Below are positions 18,167-25,428 of a stretch of 64,000 nucleotides of DNA, one piece after another. Where the stretch lies: contig JAZNYL010000092.1 in the NCBI GenBank assembly GCA_045594445.1, positions 787-64,786 of the forward strand. Reading direction: 5' to 3'. Made by a program: the position numbers and the translations under genes. Each line of letters begins with the position of its first letter. The first letter of the stretch is position 1. The notes below the pieces were generated by a model that was given only the letters and a program-made list of their open reading frames with translations, was not told where the DNA came from and did not search any database. The DNA is from Eubacteriales bacterium (GTDB lineage: Bacteria; Bacillota; Clostridia; Oscillospirales; CAG-272).

Positions 18167-19768
18167 ATGAAAAGATTTCTTTCCGTGCTGCTCGCTTCTC
18201 TGATGGTTCTGTCCCTGGCAGCTGCTATGGTAGTTTCTACCTCCGCAGCTCTCGAAGGCGACTGGGCATCCTCCAGAAGCGGCAGTGACTACGAAGACGA
18301 AGGCAGCTACTGCCCCGCAGCAGGCTACCACTATGATCCCGAGCTGGGCTTCGTTCTTGATCCCCCCGTTTATGCAGACCAAACCACTCCCTTCGTTCAG
18401 ATGCACACCAGAAATCCTCTGGATCTGAAGGCTAACAACGATGGCAACGGTAACTCCGTTTCCGTTAAGGTAAGAGTACTTGAGTACGCTTACGACGGCG
18501 GCGAAGGCAAGGACCAGTGGATCGCGTTCACTCTGAACAGCCAGCCCATGTCCACTCCCGGCTCCACCAAGTACGGCGAAGGCCTCTGCATCCTGATCCG
18601 TGGCGGCGGCTTCGGTTCCGCACAGGTTCAGCCCTTCTACGTAGATGACGTAACCGGCAAGAGCTTCTCTCCTGCAGCTGCTTTCCCCTCCGTTGATGTT
18701 CCCATGAACGATCAGGATCAGGAAGAGTACACCTTTACCGTGAAGTACGTTGACGGTGGCTACGTTTACGCTGTAAACGGCACCGAGTTCGTTGCTGACG
18801 AAGCTTTGAACGCTCACTTTGACAGAGTATTTGCTGAAGGCGCATACGTTGGCGTTATTTGCCAGACCGGTGTTGCTAACACCAAGATTCAGCTCGCTAT
18901 CACCGAGTGGCAGGGCGACCTCCCCGTAGGTGACGACTCCGCAGATCCCGAAGAGGACCTCCGCCAGAAGGCTCCCATCGCTGATTCCGCAACCATTGAG
19001 GCTAACATGCCTGCAGTTCTGTGGGATTCTACCTGCAGAGACTTCAGAAAGATCTCCGTTTCCGGCGGTGAATACACCATCAACGATGACGGTTCCGTTA
19101 AGATCGCTACCCAGACTGTTTCTCCTTACGTTTCCTTCGGCGTTAAGTCCGAGGTTTCCTACGAAGCAGCTGATTTCCCCTACGTTGCAGTTCTGACCAG
19201 AAACTGCTGGGCTAACAGCGGTAACGTTTACTACTGCGCAGGTGATATTCTTTCCGCAGAGAACTCCTACAGCGAGAACTGGGATCCCACCGAGTATGAT
19301 TTCGGCGGCGGTTGGACCATGGGTATCATGGACTTCTCCGATTACACCGATGATGATGCAGAGACCAACGTAGGCGGTTGGGAAGGCAGAATCAACAGCA
19401 TCCGTGTTGGTTATGACTTTGCTGCTGACGACATCGCTAACGAAGAATACAACAATTTCGACATCGCATTCATCGGCGCATTCCGTTCCGTTGAAGAAGC
19501 TACCGCTTACACTCAGGCTTGGCTGGCTGCTAAGGGCTACAGCGCAGACGTTGTAACCGAGCCCGAGACCACCAAGGCTCCCGAGACCGAGCCCGAAACC
19601 ACCAAGGCTCCCGAGACCAACGCTCCCGATGCTACCGAAGCTCCTTCCGATGGTGAAGTTACCACCGAGGCTGAAAAGTCCGGCGGCTGCGGCTCCATCG
19701 TTGCTGCTCCCATCGTTGCTCTGATCGCTATGCTGGGCGTTGCATTCGTTGCAAAGAAGAGAGACTAA
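18167..19768 (+). CDS. Secreted two-domain protein of unknown function with a Thr/Pro/Glu stalk and a C-terminal GGCGS-TM-KKRD tail (paralogue 1 of 3)
   Basis: The ATG at 18167 follows AAAGGAGA. Signal peptide MKRFLSVLLASLMVLSLAAAMVVSTSAA, then a mature LEGDW start. The C-terminus is SGGCGSIVAAPIVALIAMLGVAFVAKKRD. Codon usage resembles rpsB/tsf. The 18128 start in the ORF track precedes the SD. Confidence 0.85.
   Translation: MKRFLSVLLASLMVLSLAAAMVVSTSAALEGDWASSRSGSDYEDEGSYCPAAGYHYDPELGFVLDPPVYADQTTPFVQMHTRNPLDLKANNDGNGNSVSVKVRVLEYAYDGGEGKDQWIAFTLNSQPMSTPGSTKYGEGLCILIRGGGFGSAQVQPFYVDDVTGKSFSPAAAFPSVDVPMNDQDQEEYTFTVKYVDGGYVYAVNGTEFVADEALNAHFDRVFAEGAYVGVICQTGVANTKIQLAITEWQGDLPVGDDSADPEEDLRQKAPIADSATIEANMPAVLWDSTCRDFRKISVSGGEYTINDDGSVKIATQTVSPYVSFGVKSEVSYEAADFPYVAVLTRNCWANSGNVYYCAGDILSAENSYSENWDPTEYDFGGGWTMGIMDFSDYTDDDAETNVGGWEGRINSIRVGYDFAADDIANEEYNNFDIAFIGAFRSVEEATAYTQAWLAAKGYSADVVTEPETTKAPETEPETTKAPETNAPDATEAPSDGEVTTEAEKSGGCGSIVAAPIVALIAMLGVAFVAKKRD
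19559..19618 (+). repeat. In-frame 30-bp tandem duplication within the stalk-coding region of paralogue 1
   Basis: GAGCCCGAGACCACCAAGGCTCCCGAGACC (19559-19588) is repeated at 19589-19618 with one mismatch. It encodes EPETTKAPET twice. Confidence 0.9.
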
Positions 19769-19798
19769 TTCTTAACTGAATTATCACCCTGAATTCAA

Positions 19799-19829
19799 GG
19801 GGCTGACGCGATGCGTCAGCCCCTTTTTT
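19799..19829 (+). terminator. Rho-independent terminator of paralogue 1
   Basis: GGGGCTGACGC-gat-GCGTCAGCCCC followed by TTTTTT. Confidence 0.9.
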
Positions 19830-19879
19830 GTTTGTTAATAGTGTTGCTTTTGGGGAATCAGTTTTGTACAAAATCACCA

Positions 19880-19908
19880 TTTACAGTTTTTTGAGTTAGT
19901 GATATAAT
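19880..19908 (+). promoter_or_regulatory. Sigma-A-type promoter of paralogue 2
   Basis: TTTACA (19880-19885), a 17-nt spacer, then TATAAT (19903-19908) with a TG extension (gTGaTATAAT). The flanking CACCATTTACAG is shared with the paralogue 3 promoter. Confidence 0.65.
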
Positions 19909-19946
19909 CTATATATAAAATTATCTCAAAGAAAAGGAGAAGAAAC

Positions 19947-21506
19947 ATGAGAAAATTTTTGACAATCATGCTTGCTATGTGTCTGTTGCTTGCAACTATG
20001 ACCATGCTGGCAATCCCTGCAAGCGCCGCTGAGGTAGAAGGAGACTGGGTGACCTCCAGAGCAGGCGACGCATATGAAGAGGGCGTTACGGATTACACTC
20101 CCGCTGCAGGCTATACGTACACTCCCGAGGGCTTCCAGACGATTGCTCCCGATTTTACTAACTGCAATCCTTACGTTCAGGCACACACAAAGAATGCCTA
20201 TAACCTCAAGGACCCCAATGCTGACGGAAACGGCAACGCGCTTTCCGTAAAGTTTACCGTCCAGGATTTTGCATACGGCGGCGAATTCGGTAATAAGGAC
20301 GAATGGGTCGCCATTACGCTCAACAGCGAGCCTGTTGTAACCCAGGGTAACCCTGAATACGGCGCCGGTCTGTGCATTCTGATCCGTGGTAACGGAGGCG
20401 GTTCTGCAACAGGCCAGCCCCATTACGTCGATAAAGAAAACAATCGCTTCACCCTGTTCATTTCCGGTCAGATCAATCCCGAGCTCAATGACAAGGATCA
20501 GGAGGTTTACACCTTCAGCATCAAGCATGATGGAACTAACTACGTGATGAATTTGTGCGGCACCGAGTTTACCGATCCTACCGGTGTTCTTAACACCATT
20601 TTTGACGAGCAGTGTGCAAATGGGGCATATCTCGGTATCACTCTGATGTCCACCGAAGCAGAAACCACCGCTGCTTTTGTAATCAACGAGTTCCAGGGCG
20701 CTGTTCCTTACGGTGAGGATAGCGCTGAGCCCGAGGCAAACGTTAAGAATTTTGCAGAGATTGCTGATTCTGCAACTGTTCCCGCAGGCCAGCCTGCAGT
20801 AAAGTGGGATGGCAATATTGAGCAGTGCGATAAGATCTCCATCGCTCAGGCTGACTATACTGTCCAGGAGAGCGGCCTTGTTACCTTGGTATGCAATGGC
20901 AATGCCCCCTATATCAACTTCATGCTCAAAAACGAAATCTCTTATGAAGCAACCGATTTCCCGGTTGTCGCAATCCTGACAAGAAATTGCTGGGCGTCTT
21001 CGGGCAGCATCTATTACATGTCCGGTAAGACCCTGGGATGCGGTGCTGATAACCGGATGGACTTCATTGTCGATGAGATTGAACTTGGCGAGGGCTGGGG
21101 ACTTTCCCTGGTAGATCTTAGAGAAGATCCCGAGTGGGAGGGAAGAATCAACGGTATCCGTTGCGATTTTTCTGAAGTAGATTATACGGATGAGCAATAC
21201 AATACGTTTGACGTTGCATACTTTGCCGCATTCCGTACCGAAGAGGATGCACAGCAGTATGCAAAGGATTACCTGATCGCGCTGCTTGGCAAGCTGCCCG
21301 AGACCACCGAAAAGCCTACCGAAGAGCCTACCACCGAAGCTCCCACTACCGAGGCAAAGACCGATGCTCCCACCGAAGAGATTCCCTCCGAGGAAGTTTC
21401 CACCGATGCAGAGCAGTCCGGCGGCTGCAAGTCCGTAGCGATCGCTCCCGTTGCGGCACTGATCGCATTTGTCGGCGTTGCATTCGTTGCAAAAAAGAAG
21501 GACTAA
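19947..21506 (+). CDS. Secreted two-domain protein, paralogue 2 of 3
   Basis: SD is AAAGGAGA. The signal peptide ends ...AIPASAA and the mature protein starts EVEGDW. It shares conserved blocks with paralogues 1 and 3. The C-terminus is SGGCKSVAIAPVAALIAFVGVAFVAKKKD. Confidence 0.85.
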   Translation: MRKFLTIMLAMCLLLATMTMLAIPASAAEVEGDWVTSRAGDAYEEGVTDYTPAAGYTYTPEGFQTIAPDFTNCNPYVQAHTKNAYNLKDPNADGNGNALSVKFTVQDFAYGGEFGNKDEWVAITLNSEPVVTQGNPEYGAGLCILIRGNGGGSATGQPHYVDKENNRFTLFISGQINPELNDKDQEVYTFSIKHDGTNYVMNLCGTEFTDPTGVLNTIFDEQCANGAYLGITLMSTEAETTAAFVINEFQGAVPYGEDSAEPEANVKNFAEIADSATVPAGQPAVKWDGNIEQCDKISIAQADYTVQESGLVTLVCNGNAPYINFMLKNEISYEATDFPVVAILTRNCWASSGSIYYMSGKTLGCGADNRMDFIVDEIELGEGWGLSLVDLREDPEWEGRINGIRCDFSEVDYTDEQYNTFDVAYFAAFRTEEDAQQYAKDYLIALLGKLPETTEKPTEEPTTEAPTTEAKTDAPTEEIPSEEVSTDAEQSGGCKSVAIAPVAALIAFVGVAFVAKKKD

Positions 21507-21520
21507 AATATCATAATTTT

Positions 21521-21556
21521 AAGGGCTGACGCTTTGGCGTCAGCCCTTGTTATTTT
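21521..21556 (+). terminator. Rho-independent terminator of paralogue 2
   Basis: AAGGGCTGACGC-tttg-GCGTCAGCCCTT followed by gTTATTTT. The CTGACGC/GCGTCAG core is the same as in the other two terminators. Confidence 0.8.
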
Positions 21557-21593
21557 GCACGAAATGGGTACACATATTTGTGGAATGTCACCA

Positions 21594-21622
21594 TTTACAG
21601 AAAAATGAAAAAGTGATATAAT
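21594..21622 (+). promoter_or_regulatory. Sigma-A-type promoter of paralogue 3
   Basis: TTTACA (21594-21599), a 17-nt spacer, then TATAAT (21617-21622) with a TG extension (gTGaTATAAT). Confidence 0.65.
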
Positions 21623-21661
21623 AAATGTGTATTCAATAATTCCTAATTAAGGAGAGACAAA

Positions 21662-23200
21662 ATGAAAAGATTGCTTGTTTTAGCTTTGACAGCAGTGATG
21701 ATTCTGTCCGTTGCATCCGTGATGATCATTCCCGGCGCAGCAGCGGTTGAAGGTGACTGGGTTGCAACCCGCGCAGCTGACGACTATCTGGATCCGGATA
21801 GCTACAGACCGTATTGCGGTTTTCACTATGAAGTAGACAAGGGCCTTGTGTTGGATTCTGCTGACTATACCAACAACACTCCCTATACGCACATTCATAC
21901 CAAGACCCCTTATAATCTCAAGGACACCAACGCAGCAGGTAACGGCAGATCCATCTCCTTGGAGTTTACCGTAACCGATTTTGCTTATGAAGGCAGTGAC
22001 CACTGGGTCGGCATCTCTCTGCACAGCAAAGAGATCTTCGCTCCCGGTCAGAAGGGATATGGCGAGGGCGTTTCCGTACTGATCCGCGGAGCAGGCGAAG
22101 GCGCTGCTGTTGCGCAGTTCTTCTATCTCAATGATGACAGAGGATACACGCTGTTCAGCCAGCAGCACGTCAACATCCCGCTCAACGAGCAGGGCCAGGA
22201 AATCTATACCTTTGAGGTAGAGTACACAGGCTCCGGATATGCTTTTTACGTATGCGGCACCAAGTTTGAGGACGTGACTAAGTTGGCGGACGAGACTCTG
22301 GATACTTACTGTGCAGACGGCGCATACGTGGGTATTTCCTTCTATACTACCGCGTCCGGTTCTTCCATCGGAGCGAACATCAGCAAGTTCCAGGGTGAGG
22401 TTCCTTTTGGTGAGGACAGCATGGAGCCCGAGGAAAACCGTAACAACTTCGCGCCTATCGCGGATTCTTCCACTGTTCCGGAAGGTCAGCCTGCACTGAT
22501 CTGGAATTCTGCTAAGGAGCAGTTCAACCAGTTCCAGAGCTCAAATATCGACCTTGTTGCCAATGACGACGGTACTATGCGTGCAACTGCATTGACCGCT
22601 TCTGGTTACATAATCTTCTCTCCTAAGGTTGCCGTTTCCTACGAGGCATCGGATTTCCCCGTGATTGCGATTCTGACCAGAAATTGCTTTGCAGAATCCG
22701 GCCTGGTATTCTATAGTGCAGGTAAGAATTTGAGTGCTCAGCCCGATTGCAGCTGTGAGATTGATATTGCTGAGTATGAGTACGGTGATGAATGGTGCAT
22801 GGGTATTCTGGATCTGACCGGTGACCTTGACTGGCAGGGCAGAGTCAACATGATTCGTATGGACATTCAGAACGTTGACTATACCGATGAAGAAATGAAG
22901 TATTATGATATTGCATACATCGCATGCTTCCGCACCATTGAGGATGCTGAGCAGTATGCAAAGGATTATCTGATCGGCCTGCTTGGTGCAATGCCCGAGA
23001 CGACCGAGAAGGAAACCAATCCTCCCAAGACCGAAGCTCCCGAAACCGAAGCACCTACTGCAGAGACCGAAGCAGAGGGCGGTGAGCAGACCACCGAGGC
23101 AGAGCAGGAGAATAAGGGCTGCGGTTCTGTGATCGCTGCTCCCATAGTTGCTCTGATCGCGCTGCTGGGTATTGCATTCGTTGCAAAAAAGAGAAATTGA
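21662..23200 (+). CDS. Secreted two-domain protein, paralogue 3 of 3
   Basis: SD is AAGGAGAG. The signal peptide ends ...IIPGAAA and the mature protein starts VEGDW. The C-terminus is KGCGSVIAAPIVALIALLGIAFVAKKRN. Confidence 0.85.
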   Translation: MKRLLVLALTAVMILSVASVMIIPGAAAVEGDWVATRAADDYLDPDSYRPYCGFHYEVDKGLVLDSADYTNNTPYTHIHTKTPYNLKDTNAAGNGRSISLEFTVTDFAYEGSDHWVGISLHSKEIFAPGQKGYGEGVSVLIRGAGEGAAVAQFFYLNDDRGYTLFSQQHVNIPLNEQGQEIYTFEVEYTGSGYAFYVCGTKFEDVTKLADETLDTYCADGAYVGISFYTTASGSSIGANISKFQGEVPFGEDSMEPEENRNNFAPIADSSTVPEGQPALIWNSAKEQFNQFQSSNIDLVANDDGTMRATALTASGYIIFSPKVAVSYEASDFPVIAILTRNCFAESGLVFYSAGKNLSAQPDCSCEIDIAEYEYGDEWCMGILDLTGDLDWQGRVNMIRMDIQNVDYTDEEMKYYDIAYIACFRTIEDAEQYAKDYLIGLLGAMPETTEKETNPPKTEAPETEAPTAETEAEGGEQTTEAEQENKGCGSVIAAPIVALIALLGIAFVAKKRN

Positions 23201-23212
23201 ATCTGATATTTG

Positions 23213-23243
23213 GAAAGGACTGACGCCAAGCGTCAGTCCTTTC
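23213..23243 (+). terminator. Terminator-like hairpin of paralogue 3
   Basis: GAAAGGACTGACGC-caa-GCGTCAGTCCTTTC. The T-tract is weak (it merges with the next promoter's TTGACA), so termination efficiency is uncertain. Confidence 0.6.
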
Positions 23244-23272
23244 TTGACAAATAAAAGAGAATGTAGTATAAT
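23244..23272 (+). promoter_or_regulatory. Consensus sigma-A promoter of the 23306 lipoprotein gene
   Basis: Perfect TTGACA (23244-23249), a 17-nt spacer, then perfect TATAAT (23267-23272). Confidence 0.7.
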
Positions 23273-23305
23273 AGATACATTACACCAAGGAAAGGAAATG
23301 TTTCC

Positions 23306-25357
23306 ATGAACACAAAAAGAATCCTGTCATTATTGGCTCTTTGTCTTTGCCTTGTCATGATGCTGCAGTTTGCTGCATGCAATCAGGGCGGAACCGGTGA
23401 AGAGCAGTCTTCTTTGGATCAGACTGATACAAAAAATACAGACACCGAAACCCAAGCTCCCGAAACAGAGCAGGGCTCGGAAGAGAGTACCGAAGATCAG
23501 ACTCTGCCTGCAACCCCCGATTTCACGGTTGCTGCCAAGCCCTCGATCAGCTTTGACAAGACCGTACAGGCAACTGAAAACGGTTCTGCATACGACGTCA
23601 CGACCGCTACCGGCCTTGCATATTCCGCAACCGGATATAAGAGCTTTGCTGACGGTGCGTTTACAATCAATACAGGGCTTACGGTCACACTCGGCGATCA
23701 ATTTGCCGATACCTTTAACCGTCTGACGCTTTGCTACGTATCCGACGCGCCCATGGAGTGCACCGTGACTTACGAGAGAAACGGCAGAACATTGAACGAT
23801 TTGTTCTATCTGGAGGCAGGAGAGCAGACCTTCTGCGCGCTGACCAAGGGATATCTGGAGGGCATGAAAGCCTCCAAGCTGACCTCGATCTCCTTTGATA
23901 CCTGCGAAGAGGTTGACGCCAAGTTCGTGCTTTGCGACGTCAAGACCGAGGAATACGAGGTCTATGCGGACGAAGTATATTACATCGAAAACGAAAGCTA
24001 CGTGCTTGGCGTGCGCCTTTCCTGGGGCGGCGGCATTTGCTATCTGCGCGACCTCAAAAACAGAATCGGCGGCATTGAAAACCTGATCAACCAGGCTGAT
24101 ACCGGCAGACTTGTACAGCAGTCCTATTACGGCACGCACGGCAACGGTGAATACCAGGACGGCGATTACAACGGCGTACGCTGGCCTTATAACCCTGTTC
24201 AGGGCGGTGACGTACACGGCAACCCCAGCCGTATCATTGATATCGTGGTTGGAACGCACTCGCTTTACGTCAAGGCGCAGCCGCAGGATTGGGGACACGA
24301 CGGTGAGCTGACCATCAGCTACATGGAGAATATTTACGTGCTGGAAGAGGATCACATTCGTGTGGATAACAGATTCGTGGATTTCTCCGGTTGGGAGCAC
24401 AGATATGCCAATCAGGAGCTGCCCGCCTTCTATACACTGAGCTTCCTTGGTGAATTCACCTATTATGCAGGCTCCAAGCCTTGGCAGGACGAGCCGCTGA
24501 CCTCCAGAAAGGATCTGAACTTCTGGGGCGATGCTGCTTATCACGATGATTGCACCTTCAAGCTTCGATACAGTAACACCGAGACTTGGTGTGCATGGTC
24601 CAACCGCTACGTAGATTACGGAATCGGCTTGTTCGTTCCCGGTGTAGACGTATTTTTGGCCGGCAGACATGCATATAACGGTAGTAAGGATGCATACAAC
24701 GGTGCTACCAACTACGTAGCCCCCTTGTGTACCATCAAGCTTGAATCCTTTGAGCCGATCGAATACAGCTACATGATGACCACGGGCTCGATTGAAGAGA
24801 TCCGAAGCGTATTTAAAGCCAATAAGGATTTTGCAACAAACGAAACTCTGCATCACAACTATATCAGTGACCGACTGGAGGACGAGGGCGCAGCAATCAA
24901 GATGGATATGCTTCAGTTTGCTGATAAAAGCAGCACACTCAAGCTGACGCCCACCAGCAATACCACCGTAGGCTTCAGCGATGAGCAAAAGGCTGCATTG
25001 CTGACCATCGTAGCAGCATCTGACCCGCACGTCACCATCGATTACACCAAGTCAGATCCCACACTCAAAGCAGAGGATTATTCCGTGATCAAGATCACGT
25101 ATATGATCCCCACCACCAACAGTATGAAATATTACACGGCAGAGCTGTTCTTGTCAACCGGCACGTCTATGGGAGCCGAGGGCGGCAAGTCCGTTCGTAC
25201 CGAGCTCGTGGCAGACGGTGAGTATCATACCGCAGAAATTAAGGTATCGAGCCTGAATTTCTGGAGTGGTAATGTCAATGCGATCCGCTTTGACTACTTT
25301 GATGCTTGTGCCGAGGGCGATGTCATGTACGTGCAGTCCATCGAGCTGAGTAACTAA
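23306..25357 (+). CDS. Large lipoprotein of unknown function; its C-terminal module resembles domain 2 of the paralogue trio
   Basis: Signal peptide with lipobox (LQFAAC) followed by a Glu/Thr/Gln linker. The central region contains GRLVQQSYYG...RWPYNPVQGGD. The C-terminus ...NFWSGNVNAIRFDYF...VMYVQSIELSN parallels W[EQ]GR[IV]N.IR in the trio. Confidence 0.75.
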   Translation: MNTKRILSLLALCLCLVMMLQFAACNQGGTGEEQSSLDQTDTKNTDTETQAPETEQGSEESTEDQTLPATPDFTVAAKPSISFDKTVQATENGSAYDVTTATGLAYSATGYKSFADGAFTINTGLTVTLGDQFADTFNRLTLCYVSDAPMECTVTYERNGRTLNDLFYLEAGEQTFCALTKGYLEGMKASKLTSISFDTCEEVDAKFVLCDVKTEEYEVYADEVYYIENESYVLGVRLSWGGGICYLRDLKNRIGGIENLINQADTGRLVQQSYYGTHGNGEYQDGDYNGVRWPYNPVQGGDVHGNPSRIIDIVVGTHSLYVKAQPQDWGHDGELTISYMENIYVLEEDHIRVDNRFVDFSGWEHRYANQELPAFYTLSFLGEFTYYAGSKPWQDEPLTSRKDLNFWGDAAYHDDCTFKLRYSNTETWCAWSNRYVDYGIGLFVPGVDVFLAGRHAYNGSKDAYNGATNYVAPLCTIKLESFEPIEYSYMMTTGSIEEIRSVFKANKDFATNETLHHNYISDRLEDEGAAIKMDMLQFADKSSTLKLTPTSNTTVGFSDEQKAALLTIVAASDPHVTIDYTKSDPTLKAEDYSVIKITYMIPTTNSMKYYTAELFLSTGTSMGAEGGKSVRTELVADGEYHTAEIKVSSLNFWSGNVNAIRFDYFDACAEGDVMYVQSIELSN

Positions 25358-25369
25358 ATCAAACCAAAA

Positions 25370-25407
25370 CAGGGAGAAGGCCAAGGCTTTCTCCCTGCAT
25401 TTTTATT
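25370..25407. terminator. Bidirectional terminator between the convergent lipoprotein and regulator genes
   Basis: CAGGGAGAA-ggccaaggct-TTCTCCCTG followed by caTTTTTATT, with an A-rich tract on the other side. Confidence 0.7.
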
Positions 25408-25428
25408 GAAACGTCCTGCTCCGGGCAA

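Noticed and set aside
19926-25030. Long minus-strand ORFs (19926-21197, 21680-22168, 23330-25030) opposite the surface-protein genes
   Set aside because: The plus-strand genes have promoters, SDs, signal peptides, paralogue conservation and terminators. The minus-strand ORFs have none of these and would run against the mapped terminators.
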